DNA of 57,728 nucleotides, taken from positions 1 through 57,728 of IMG/VR virus record IMGVR_UViG_3300025151_004898; one strand, written 5' to 3'. The DNA is from a virus. Taxonomy: Duplodnaviria; Caudoviricetes. Positions 21,426 to 30,482 of this stretch are shown here, piece after piece. Numbering within the stretch: the stretch's first letter is position 1; every line of letters begins with the position of its first letter. The position numbers were made by a program, and so were the translations under genes. Under the pieces are notes generated by a model. The model searched no databases, was not told the DNA's origin, and worked only from the letters and a program-made list of their open reading frames with translations.

Positions 21426-22961
21426 ATGGCATTAAATATACTCGGATTTACAATAGGTAGAACCCCTGATGGAGAAACTGTCGAACCAATAAAGGAGACA
21501 GAAAAATCTCCAATTGTACCGGATGAATATGATGGCTCGTATATGTACGAAACAGGAGGAATCCTTGGTACATACGTAGATTTTAGTGGTGCAGTACGTG
21601 ATGAAAATGCACTTATTCAGCAGTATAGAGGAATTGCGCTTTACCCAGAAGTAGATAATGCCATCGAAGACATCTGCAATGATGCTATTGTTATGGGTAG
21701 TGATAGAAAACCCGTTAAACTGAGTCTAGATAAGACAGATCTGTCAGATACAATCAAAAACAAAATATACAATGAATTTGATTATGTTCTAAGGTTGATG
21801 GATTTCCATACAAAGGCATATGAAATATTTAGACGTTGGTACGTCGATTCTAAATTGTTCTATCATATGGTAATTGATGACGAAAATCCTATAAGGGGTA
21901 TTACAGAATTGCGTCCGATTGATCCTACCAAGATTAAGCGGGTAAGAAAAATAATCAAAGATAGAAAATCACCGAATAGTACTGAGACACCTATGGTTTC
22001 TGCTATCGAAGAATTTTTCATGTACACGAACACGGATAAGGATTCAATTTACCAAACACCATCTTCCGGTTTGAGAATTACGAAAGATTCTGTTGCATAT
22101 GCAAACTCTGGCTTAGTTGATGCAAATTCGAAGCGTGTTGTTGGGTATCTTCAAAAGGCAATTCGACCTGTAAACATGCTTCGTCAAATTGAGGATGCTG
22201 TTGTTGTCTATAGAATTTCTCGCGCACCGGAAAGAAGAATATTTTATATTGATGTGGGTAACCTCCCCAAACAAAAGGCAGAGCAATATCTTCGCGAGAT
22301 CATGCAAAGATACCGAACGAAGATGATTTACGATCAGTCTACTGGACAGATTCAAGACAGCAGAAACCACATGTCCATGCTCGAAGACTATTGGCTTCCT
22401 CGTAGAGAAGGTGGTAGAGGAACGGAAATTAGTACTCTATCCGGGGGACAGAATCTCGGTCAGATGGAAGATGTAGAATACCTTCTTCGCAAGGTGTATA
22501 ATGCATTGAACGTACCAGTGACTAGAATGCTTCCGGACAGCGGTTTTAACATGGGCAGAGCAGCAGAAATTACCCGTGATGAAGTTAAGTTTTATAAGTA
22601 CATTGAACGACTTCGAAGTAGATTTGGTACAGTTTTCCTTTCTATACTACGAGTACAGTGCATTCTAAAGGGTATTATCACAGAAGAAGATTGGAATGAA
22701 CTGAGTCCAACTATAGAGCTGGAATTTAATAGAGATTCCTACTTCACCGAACTAAAAGAAAATGAAATATTAACTAATAGACTACAGATGCTCAACAGCA
22801 TTCAGCCTCTTATTGGGCAGTATTTCTCAAATAATTATGTGAAAAAGAATATCCTTCGTATGTCTGATGAAGAAATAATCAAGATGGATAACGAAATACA
22901 AGTAGAAATGGCACAGCAACCACAACAATTCGCAATGCCACCAGAGGAAATACAAGGATGA
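21426..22961 (+). CDS. 20: Portal vertex protein gp20
   Basis: YRISRAPERRIFYIDVGNLPK, EDYWLPRREGGRGTEI, EITRDE motifs. Confidence 0.98.
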   Translation: MALNILGFTIGRTPDGETVEPIKETEKSPIVPDEYDGSYMYETGGILGTYVDFSGAVRDENALIQQYRGIALYPEVDNAIEDICNDAIVMGSDRKPVKLSLDKTDLSDTIKNKIYNEFDYVLRLMDFHTKAYEIFRRWYVDSKLFYHMVIDDENPIRGITELRPIDPTKIKRVRKIIKDRKSPNSTETPMVSAIEEFFMYTNTDKDSIYQTPSSGLRITKDSVAYANSGLVDANSKRVVGYLQKAIRPVNMLRQIEDAVVVYRISRAPERRIFYIDVGNLPKQKAEQYLREIMQRYRTKMIYDQSTGQIQDSRNHMSMLEDYWLPRREGGRGTEISTLSGGQNLGQMEDVEYLLRKVYNALNVPVTRMLPDSGFNMGRAAEITRDEVKFYKYIERLRSRFGTVFLSILRVQCILKGIITEEDWNELSPTIELEFNRDSYFTELKENEILTNRLQMLNSIQPLIGQYFSNNYVKKNILRMSDEEIIKMDNEIQVEMAQQPQQFAMPPEEIQG

Positions 22962-23371
22962 ATTCACTCAAAGCAATACAGAGTTTACTAGAGGAAAATC
23001 TTGATGAATTCAAGAATAATGTAAATTCCATTATCAAAAATAAAATGAAAGAGAACGCCGTACATTCTTCATTTGAGATTGTCGAAGGCATTTTTAAAAA
23101 TGAAAATAATCTAAATAATGATGGAATACTGCATTTAAATGTGGTTGAGGTATTACAGGAAAGTATTAGACAGAAATCTAATATTACTTTAGAACTATCT
23201 GATCTATCCGAAGTAACACTTAAGCCATATCAAAGTGAAAAGGTATTGCGAGTATTCGATGATGTAAACGAAGAAAATCAAAAATCTCTTATAGAGAATT
23301 TGATTTCTTCAAAAATTGGTTTCGAAAAATCAATAGATTTCTGTTCTAAGTACAAGAGAAAGGCAAACTAA
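22958..23371 (+). CDS. Hypothetical protein at the prohead core (gp67/gp68) position
   Basis: 137-aa ORF overlapping the gp20 stop; synteny only. Confidence 0.6.
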   Translation: MNSLKAIQSLLEENLDEFKNNVNSIIKNKMKENAVHSSFEIVEGIFKNENNLNNDGILHLNVVEVLQESIRQKSNITLELSDLSEVTLKPYQSEKVLRVFDDVNEENQKSLIENLISSKIGFEKSIDFCSKYKRKAN

Positions 23372-23544
23372 TGTCGCACAGTTTAGATATAATCAAACAC
23401 ATTCTTGATGAAAATCTTATCGATGCAAAAAGAGCAACCGAGGATTATCTCAATGATATTCTTTCCGGTTCATTAAAAGAGCAATACAAAGAAGTTGCTC
23501 CCGAAATGTTCAACGATGAAGTTGAGCAAGAAGTCGAAGATTAA
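23371..23544 (+). CDS. Small acidic prohead core protein, gp67-like (missing from the ORF track)
   Basis: MSHSLDIIKHILDENLIDAKRATEDYLNDILSGSLKEQYKEVAPEMFNDEVEQEVED; TAATG coupling; fills the gap before gp21. Confidence 0.7.
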   Translation: MSHSLDIIKHILDENLIDAKRATEDYLNDILSGSLKEQYKEVAPEMFNDEVEQEVED

Positions 23545-23564
23545 AGAGAAAGGTAAGCATAAAG

Positions 23565-24206
23565 ATGAAACTCATCACGGAAATGGTAGAAGACGTAGAG
23601 TGTCTTGTTGAGGGTAAAAACGACTCAAAGGAGTATTACATTCAAGGCATCTTTATGCAAGCTGAACAAAAGAATCGTAATGGTAGGATTTATCCAATGA
23701 AACATATTAACCCTGCCATTGAAAAATACATTACTGAATATGTAGACCAAAATCGTGCTCTTGGGGAATTGAATCACCCATCAGGACCAACGGTAAATCT
23801 TGATAAAGTGTCACACATCATCAAAGAACTGCATTCTGATGGTAATAATTTTATGGGTAAGGCAAAAGTTATTGACACCCCCATGGGCAGAATTGTAAAG
23901 AATTTGATCGAAGAGGGAGCAAAACTTGGTGTTTCCTCTCGCGGTATGGGCTCACTCAAGAAAACAGGTGGTTTAAACGAAGTACAAAATGATTTTATTC
24001 TTTCTGCGGTAGACATTGTTGCAGATCCATCAGCTCCTGATGCCTTTGTTAATGGTATTTTAGAGGGAAAGGAATGGATATGGGATAACGGATTACTACG
24101 TGAACAAGAAATTGCTCGATATGAAAAACAGATAAAAGAATCGTCACGTAGAAAACTAGAAGAAACAACTCTGAATGCGTTCAGAGACTTTATCTCAAAA
24201 TTATAA
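23565..24206 (+). CDS. 21: Prohead protease gp21
   Basis: MKLITE, NRNGRIYP, ALGELNHP, GVSSRGMGSL, DIVADPSAPDAFV. Confidence 0.97.
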   Translation: MKLITEMVEDVECLVEGKNDSKEYYIQGIFMQAEQKNRNGRIYPMKHINPAIEKYITEYVDQNRALGELNHPSGPTVNLDKVSHIIKELHSDGNNFMGKAKVIDTPMGRIVKNLIEEGAKLGVSSRGMGSLKKTGGLNEVQNDFILSAVDIVADPSAPDAFVNGILEGKEWIWDNGLLREQEIARYEKQIKESSRRKLEETTLNAFRDFISKL

Positions 24207-24209
24207 TTT

Positions 24210-24217
24210 TATAAATA
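24210..24217 (+). promoter_or_regulatory. T4-type late promoter
   Basis: Exact TATAAATA between gp21 and gp22, followed by SD AAGGAG. Confidence 0.88.
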
Positions 24218-24245
24218 GGAAGAATAGGCTAAAAGGAGCTTTCTA

Positions 24246-25193
24246 ATGCCAGAAGAAACAAACACAGAACTTACAGAAAATGTAGAGAACTACGGTTCAG
24301 AAGATTACGATACCTCTGGTAGAGGCTCACACGACGCCTCTGGTAAGGGTGATATGACCGCCGGTACGGAAGTAATTCCTGATGGTGTCGCACAGGGTAA
24401 TATGGCTTCGGTTGCTGCAAAGGCACCAGCATATGATCCCGCTACTGTTTACGTCCCAACCATGGGTGCAGAAGAAGTAGCAGAACATCTTGATGCCATG
24501 TTTGATGGTCAAGAGCTTTCAGAAGAATTTATGACAAAGGCAGGAACCATTTTTGAAGCTGCTGTTAACAGCAAAATCAATGAGGTTGCCGAACAACTCG
24601 ACGAGACTTATCGTCAAATCCTCTCGGAACAGCTAGAAGAAGTAGTTGGTAATCTTGCTGAGAAGCTCGATGAATATCTCAACTATGTTGTTGAAGAATG
24701 GATGGATAAGAATGAGGTCGCTGTTGAGCGTGGGATTAAGACTGATGTTGCTGAGTCATTCATCAAGGGACTCAAGAGTCTCTTCGAAGCTCACTATGTC
24801 AACATTCCTGACGAACGGTATGATGTTCTTGACGAACTTTTTGAAGCCAATGAACAGCTACAGAAAGAACTCAATGAGCAGATCGAAACCAATGTTGGAA
24901 TGCGTGGTCAGTTAAATGAAACTGCAAAGCATCAGATTTTCAATCACTATGCTTCAGATCTAGCTGATACTGAAATTGAAAAGTTTTCAGTATTAGCAGA
25001 AAACGTTTCGTTTGATGATGCTGAGTCATTTGCAAATAAACTTGCAACAATCAAAGAGTCGTACTTCCAAGGAAATGTACTAGTATCACAACCTGTAGAA
25101 CTAATCGAAGAAACTACTAACCCAAGAATTTCAAATGGTTCGGTAATGGACAACTATGTTGACACTGTTGCTTTCCAGATGAGAAATAAATAA
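24246..25193 (+). CDS. 22: Prohead core scaffold gp22
   Basis: LSEEF..KAGTIFEAAV, YLNYVVEEWM..N, KLATIKESYF. Confidence 0.95.
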   Translation: MPEETNTELTENVENYGSEDYDTSGRGSHDASGKGDMTAGTEVIPDGVAQGNMASVAAKAPAYDPATVYVPTMGAEEVAEHLDAMFDGQELSEEFMTKAGTIFEAAVNSKINEVAEQLDETYRQILSEQLEEVVGNLAEKLDEYLNYVVEEWMDKNEVAVERGIKTDVAESFIKGLKSLFEAHYVNIPDERYDVLDELFEANEQLQKELNEQIETNVGMRGQLNETAKHQIFNHYASDLADTEIEKFSVLAENVSFDDAESFANKLATIKESYFQGNVLVSQPVELIEETTNPRISNGSVMDNYVDTVAFQMRNK

Positions 25194-25213
25194 ACACTAA
25201 GGAGAAATCTAAA

Positions 25214-26707
25214 ATGGATTTTGATAACACAACACCATATGATGCTCTCTGCGAAAAGTGGGATCCCCTACTAGAGCACGAAGCATTACCAAGAATCGAA
25301 GATTCTTATAAGAAGAAGGTCACTTCTGTCCTTCTAGAAAACCAAGAAAAGGCTCTTCGTGAGCAGTACATTACCGAAGCAGGACCCGCCAACCAAATGG
25401 GCGGCAACTTCTCTGATCCACAAGTTGGTGCAGTAGCAGGTAAGCTCGCTGGTTACGATCCCGTCCTTATCAGCCTCGTTCGTCGTGCTATGCCAAACCT
25501 AATGGCTTACGACATTGCTGGTGTTCAGCCCATGAGCGCCCCCACTGGACTCATCTTCGCGATGCGTGCTCGTTACACTGAGCAAGCAGCAGCAGGATCC
25601 GGTGTCGGACAGAACGTCACTCCAGATAGTAGTGATGGTCAGGAAGCTCTCTTCCAAGAAGCACAGACTATGTTCGGTGGTTCGGGTAACACTTCGGGTA
25701 ACAAGGCAGCATTCAGTGCAACTGGTGGTGTAAACCCATCTGGTATTACTGGTGGCTTTACTGGTGCTACATTCGGATCTGATCCCCGTGCTGCAAACAC
25801 CCCTCTTGCTAACACCATGCGTGGAATGCTTACTGGTACTGCCGAGCTTCTCGGTACTGATGGACAGAACAACTTCCAACAGATGGCGTTCAACATTGAT
25901 CGCGTTGCTGTTGAAGCACGTTCCAGAGCACTCAAGGCTGAGTACACCACTGAGCTTGCTCAGGATCTCAAGGCTGTTCACGGACTTGATGCAGAGACTG
26001 AACTTGCTAACATTCTTAGCACCGAAATTCTCTCCGAAATCAACCGCGAACTCGTTCGTAGTATCTACTACAACGCAGAACTTGGCGCACAGCAGAGAGA
26101 CCTTGCTGGTAGGAACGGCGCAGACATCACCCTCGCAGCCGGTGGTATCTACGACCTCAACGCTGACTCTGACGGTCGATGGAGCGCAGAACGCTTCCGT
26201 GGACTCATGTATCAGATTGAGCGCGAAGCCAACATTATCGCCAAGGAAACTCGCCGTGGTAAGGGTAACTTCATCATCTGCTCGTCTGATGTTGCAAGTG
26301 CTCTCGCAATGGGTGGCTTCCTTAACATCTCACCAGCCCTCAACACTCAGCTCGATGTTGATGACACTGGTAACACCTTTGCTGGTGTTCTCAATGGTAA
26401 GATGAGAGTCTACATTGATCCTTACTCCACCACAACTGGTACTGACTTCGTTTGTGTCGGTTATAAGGGTGCGAGTCCATACGACGCTGGTATGTTCTAC
26501 TGTCCCTACGTCCCACTCCAGATGGTACGTGCGGTTGGTCAAGACACCTTCCAGCCCAAGATCGGATTCAAGACTCGGTACGGAATGGTCAACAACCCAT
26601 TCGCTCGTTCCGATGGTTCCGGTGAAGTCTTCAACACCTCTGCCGGTGGTAACTTCTACTACCGTCTCTTCGGTGTTACTAACCTTCACGGTAACGCACC
26701 TGTCTGA
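25214..26707 (+). CDS. 23: Major capsid protein gp23
   Basis: LLENQE, LVRRAMPNL, GVQPMSAPTGLIFAMR, SRALKAEYTTELAQDLKAVHGLDAE, YCPYVPL, FQPKIGFKTRYG. Confidence 0.99.
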   Translation: MDFDNTTPYDALCEKWDPLLEHEALPRIEDSYKKKVTSVLLENQEKALREQYITEAGPANQMGGNFSDPQVGAVAGKLAGYDPVLISLVRRAMPNLMAYDIAGVQPMSAPTGLIFAMRARYTEQAAAGSGVGQNVTPDSSDGQEALFQEAQTMFGGSGNTSGNKAAFSATGGVNPSGITGGFTGATFGSDPRAANTPLANTMRGMLTGTAELLGTDGQNNFQQMAFNIDRVAVEARSRALKAEYTTELAQDLKAVHGLDAETELANILSTEILSEINRELVRSIYYNAELGAQQRDLAGRNGADITLAAGGIYDLNADSDGRWSAERFRGLMYQIEREANIIAKETRRGKGNFIICSSDVASALAMGGFLNISPALNTQLDVDDTGNTFAGVLNGKMRVYIDPYSTTTGTDFVCVGYKGASPYDAGMFYCPYVPLQMVRAVGQDTFQPKIGFKTRYGMVNNPFARSDGSGEVFNTSAGGNFYYRLFGVTNLHGNAPV

Positions 26708-26737
26708 TCTTGATCTTAGGATCTCAATTAGAATAAG

Positions 26738-26770
26738 CAGCGAGGGTCTTCGGACCCTCGTTGTTTTTTT
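26738..26770 (+). terminator. Intrinsic terminator after gp23 (cUUCGg tetraloop)
   Basis: CAGCGAGGGTC-TTCG-GACCCTCGTTG followed by T7. Confidence 0.95.
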
Positions 26771-26771
26771 A

Positions 26772-26779
26772 TATAAATA
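26772..26779 (+). promoter_or_regulatory. T4-type late promoter (probably leaderless gp3 mRNA)
   Basis: Exact TATAAATA 5 nt before ATG 26785; no SD. Confidence 0.85.
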
Positions 26780-26784
26780 CTAGT

Positions 26785-27282
26785 ATGAGCGATCAACCAA
26801 GAACAAATAACTATCTCGCAACCAACTTTTTTCAGTTGGAAATTACCAATTTCCCAACAGTGACATATTTTTGTCAATCTGTAAACTTACCATCGTTAAC
26901 GGCATCAGTCGTGGAAGTTCCTGTTGTTGGTATGGGATTACCAGTAAAATCCCCTGTTGGTAGATATTCGTATGAGAATATGTCTGTATCTTTCCTTGTT
27001 GATGAAAACATGGAAAATTGGTTGGAAGTGTATAATTGGATGACAGAAATGCGAGCATTTGATACTGATTGTGCAGAAAAAGATTATGAAGACTTGTTTT
27101 CTGATGCAACTTTAAAGATAATGGACGGATCGTATACACCAATTAAAACGGTAACAGTGCAGGACATGTTCCCAGTTGGTATTAGTGGTGTACAATTTTC
27201 ATCAGTTGTTGTTGATACTGAACCAGTTATCGCAACAGCAACATTTGCTTTCACAAAATATGAAATAGAGAATGCTACATGA
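26785..27282 (+). CDS. 3: Tail completion/tube terminator, gp3-like
   Basis: YFCQSVNLP, FLVDENMENW.EVYNW, SDATL, FP motifs; start moved to ATG 26785. Confidence 0.88.
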   Translation: MSDQPRTNNYLATNFFQLEITNFPTVTYFCQSVNLPSLTASVVEVPVVGMGLPVKSPVGRYSYENMSVSFLVDENMENWLEVYNWMTEMRAFDTDCAEKDYEDLFSDATLKIMDGSYTPIKTVTVQDMFPVGISGVQFSSVVVDTEPVIATATFAFTKYEIENAT

Positions 27283-27713
27283 ATCTAAATGATCTATATG
27301 AGATGGTACAGCAAGATTTAGACATTGATAAAACAGAACTTGACACAGAATCACTAAAGACTCCACAACTACATAACAAATACCTAATTCTACATAGCCA
27401 AGAAAAGCTAAAGCTAGAGCAATTGTTTTCTGAGAAGAAAATTAAAAGAAAGAATAAATGGTTATATTACACTGGCAAAATGTCAGAAGAACAGTTACGA
27501 TTTCATGGCTGGGAGCCATTCGATCTAACTATTCTAAAAACCGATGTAGATCGGTTTATTGATGCTGATGATGATATGATCAAATTATCAGCTAAAATAA
27601 CATTACAGCAAGAAGTGGTAGATTACCTAGAGAGTGTTGTAAAACTTATATCAAACAGACAGTGGAATATCCGAGCTGCATTAGATTGGATCAAATTCAC
27701 ACAGGGTGTATAG
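27279..27713 (+). CDS. uvsY: Recombination mediator UvsY
   Basis: ESLKTPQLHNKY, YYTGK, DADDD, NRQWNIRAALDW. Confidence 0.92.
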   Translation: MNLNDLYEMVQQDLDIDKTELDTESLKTPQLHNKYLILHSQEKLKLEQLFSEKKIKRKNKWLYYTGKMSEEQLRFHGWEPFDLTILKTDVDRFIDADDDMIKLSAKITLQQEVVDYLESVVKLISNRQWNIRAALDWIKFTQGV

Positions 27714-27716
27714 TGA

Positions 27717-27724
27717 CATAAATA
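27717..27724 (+). promoter_or_regulatory. Late promoter variant before uvsW
   Basis: CATAAATA 4 nt before ATG 27729; no SD. Confidence 0.6.
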
Positions 27725-27728
27725 AAGT

Positions 27729-29210
27729 ATGAGCGATATATCGGTATCTAAAATTGATGCGGTGGATTTAAAGATTGAGTGTGATGACTCGATAGCAAAA
27801 GAACTAAATCAATTTTTCACTTTCTATGTGCCTAATTATGAATTCACACCCGCATACAAAAATAAAAAGTGGGACGGTAAAATACGACTGTTCAATTTGT
27901 ATTCTCGAAAGTTGTATATTGGACTATTAGATTATCTAGTACAATTTGCAAAAGATAGAAAATATACCATTGATCATGAAATAGTAAACGATGATGCAAT
28001 AACAATTGATGATGTATCTGCAATTGTATCTGAATTACAAATTGAATCAAGAGGTAAGCCTATCACACCACACGATTATCAAATTGATGCCATATTACAC
28101 GCCATTAAGAAAAAACGAACTCTTCTTCTCTCACCAACAGGTAGTGGAAAATCTTTAATAATTTATTCACTTGTTAGATATCATCTAAGCCAATTGCAGC
28201 AAGATGAAAAGATTTTAATTGTTGTGCCTACCACTGGTCTTGTGTCGCAGATGTATAATGATTTTCGAGACTATGCAGGAAAAAACTGGGACGTAGAAAA
28301 AAACTGCCATGTTATATTCTCTGGTCAAGACAAGATCACACACAAACAGGTAGTAATTTCTACATGGCAGAGTATATACAAAATGCCCAAAGATTTCTTT
28401 AATAGCTATAAAGTGGTATTTGGTGATGAGTGTCATTTGTTCAAAGCAAAATCCCTAACAACACTAATGACAAAATTAACAGAGGCAGATGTTCGAATAG
28501 GGACAACAGGTACTCTGGATGGAACTCAAGTACATAAACTAGTGATTGAGGGATTGTTTGGTAGAGTTCGTAATGTGACAACCACCAAGACATTGATGGA
28601 AAGGCATGTTCTTTCTAATTTACAAATAGATTGCCTTGTGTTACAATATAGCCAATCAGAAATACAAGAAATAAAAAGAGCTTCGTATATGGATGAAATG
28701 AAGTGGATAATCGCAAATCCAAAAAGAAACAAATTTATAACGGATTTATGTGGAAAGATTCAAGGAAACACGTTAGTACTATTTAACTATGTGGAACTCC
28801 ATGGAAAACCTCTTTATGAGATGATAACAAAAACATATCCAGATAAAAAGGTATTTTTCATATACGGAGGAACAGATGCCGATCAAAGAGAAAAAATCCG
28901 ACAAATCGTCGATAAAGAAAAGGAAGCTATTCTTGTCGCTTCTTATGGAACCTGCTCTACCGGGATTAATATTCGCAACATTAATAACATTGTTTTTACT
29001 TCACCATCTAAATCAGTGGTTCGAGTCCTACAGTCGATAGGAAGAGGACTCAGACGCTCTGAGAGCAAGGACAGCGTAAAGCTGTATGACATTGCAGATA
29101 ATCTTTCTCATAAAAAATACAGAAACCATACAATGAAGCATTTAGACGAAAGAATCAAAATATATACTAATGAACATTTTGATTATAAATTGATTCCCAT
29201 TACGCTATAA
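27729..29210 (+). CDS. uvsW: SF2 RNA-DNA/DNA helicase UvsW
   Basis: WDGKIRLF, SPTGSGKS, DECH, TTGTL, LQSIGRGLR. Confidence 0.97.
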   Translation: MSDISVSKIDAVDLKIECDDSIAKELNQFFTFYVPNYEFTPAYKNKKWDGKIRLFNLYSRKLYIGLLDYLVQFAKDRKYTIDHEIVNDDAITIDDVSAIVSELQIESRGKPITPHDYQIDAILHAIKKKRTLLLSPTGSGKSLIIYSLVRYHLSQLQQDEKILIVVPTTGLVSQMYNDFRDYAGKNWDVEKNCHVIFSGQDKITHKQVVISTWQSIYKMPKDFFNSYKVVFGDECHLFKAKSLTTLMTKLTEADVRIGTTGTLDGTQVHKLVIEGLFGRVRNVTTTKTLMERHVLSNLQIDCLVLQYSQSEIQEIKRASYMDEMKWIIANPKRNKFITDLCGKIQGNTLVLFNYVELHGKPLYEMITKTYPDKKVFFIYGGTDADQREKIRQIVDKEKEAILVASYGTCSTGINIRNINNIVFTSPSKSVVRVLQSIGRGLRRSESKDSVKLYDIADNLSHKKYRNHTMKHLDERIKIYTNEHFDYKLIPITL

Positions 29211-29219
29211 GGAGATCCA

Positions 29220-29843
29220 ATGAATTCATCATACCGTGTTCTTAAACTTCAAAGTGGTGAAGAAATTATTGCAAAAATAAAAGGACGAGAAAAAGGAAGA
29301 ATCATTCTTGATAGTCCCATGATATTTCAAACAACTTCTCGTAGTGATGCATTTGGTCAAACTAAAGAGATTACATTTTTAAAGGATTGGTTATCTAATA
29401 CATCTGAAAATACTATTGATATTCCAGAAAACTTTATTATCAGTTGGTTAAAACCATCTCAGAATGTTACTAAGTTATATGATATTGAAAGAAAGCTGAA
29501 ACAAGAAGATAATTTGCAAAATAAGTTTCATCCACCCACCAAAAAACCACCAACACCACCATTTAATATGGACAAGTTAATGGAAGCAATGGATGCCCTT
29601 GATAATGATAATGATGAAGACAAACCTCTTTTCATGCACATGATGATTCCTCCGGACATGGTAAAGGAACTCTTTGAACAGGGTTTATTAGATGATATTG
29701 AAGATGAACTGGAGGATGCCTTAGATGGGTTCTATGAAGAAATAAATGATCACAAGTATACAGGTGATGAAAAAGATGACCCAAACTATGGCAATAGGTG
29801 GACTGATTGGAACCCAGATCCTCGTGATGATGAGTACCTTTAA
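29220..29843 (+). CDS. Hypothetical protein between uvsW and gp55 (Sm-like N-terminus, acidic C-terminus)
   Basis: LKLQSGEEIIA motif typical of this locus in marine T4-like phages; SD AAGGAG. Confidence 0.7.
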   Translation: MNSSYRVLKLQSGEEIIAKIKGREKGRIILDSPMIFQTTSRSDAFGQTKEITFLKDWLSNTSENTIDIPENFIISWLKPSQNVTKLYDIERKLKQEDNLQNKFHPPTKKPPTPPFNMDKLMEAMDALDNDNDEDKPLFMHMMIPPDMVKELFEQGLLDDIEDELEDALDGFYEEINDHKYTGDEKDDPNYGNRWTDWNPDPRDDEYL

Positions 29844-29881
29844 GTAACTTTATATTATCCTTTTCTCCCCCTACACAGGGG

Positions 29882-29909
29882 ATTATAAGGGTGTTTTGTA
29901 TTTTGTCAA
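29882..29909 (-). promoter_or_regulatory. Consensus sigma70 promoter firing antisense toward uvsW
   Basis: Minus strand TTGACA (29909-29904), 16-nt spacer, TATAAT (29887-29882). Confidence 0.75.
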
Positions 29910-29917
29910 ATAAAAAA

Positions 29918-29945
29918 TTGTATTTTGTAGGAAAGTAGTTATACT
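29918..29945 (+). promoter_or_regulatory. Sigma70-like promoter for gp55 (probably leaderless)
   Basis: TTGTAT-N16-TATACT, then 6 nt, then ATG 29952; no SD. Confidence 0.6.
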
Positions 29946-29951
29946 CATAGC

Positions 29952-30482
29952 ATGTCAAAGAAAAAGAATCATTACATAGACAACAAAGAGTTTTATGAAG
30001 CAATGTGTCAGTGGAAATCTGAAATACATGAGGCGGAAGATCAAGGTGATAAACGTCCTCCAATATCAGAGTACATAGGATCATGCTTTATCAAGATAGC
30101 AGAGCACTTAGCACAGAAGCCAAATTTTACAAATTATCCATATAAGGATGAAATGATAAATGACTCTATTGAAAACTGCTTGATGTATGCTCATAATTTC
30201 GATCCAGAAAAATCAAAAAATCCATTTTCATATTTTACTCAGATAATATATTATGCTTTTTTGCGAAGAATAGAGAAAGAGAAGAAGCAGAATTATATAA
30301 AATATAAATTAGCTGAAATTCAAGATGATGGTAGCATGAGCACATGGTTCAAAGAAAACTATTTTGAGAAAGATAATGTTCGCGTTGCAATGAGAGAACA
30401 TTTTAATCTGTCCGAGGAGGATGTTAAAAGAATGACTCCAAAGAGCAAGTCAAAAAAAGGAACCACGGGACCATTTGAATGA
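29952..30482 (+). CDS. 55: Late-transcription sigma factor gp55
   Basis: HYIDNKEF, YIGSCFIKIA, NF.NY.YKDEMI.D, NPFSYFTQIIYYAFLRRI. Confidence 0.97.
   Translation: MSKKKNHYIDNKEFYEAMCQWKSEIHEAEDQGDKRPPISEYIGSCFIKIAEHLAQKPNFTNYPYKDEMINDSIENCLMYAHNFDPEKSKNPFSYFTQIIYYAFLRRIEKEKKQNYIKYKLAEIQDDGSMSTWFKENYFEKDNVRVAMREHFNLSEEDVKRMTPKSKSKKGTTGPFE

Noticed and set aside
25499-26783. Several long alternative-frame and antisense ORFs over gp23
   Set aside because: Shadow ORFs produced by the strong codon bias of the capsid gene
29632-30084. 150-aa minus-strand ORF as the target of the antisense promoter
   Set aside because: It starts upstream of the promoter, overlaps two real genes and has no protein-like features
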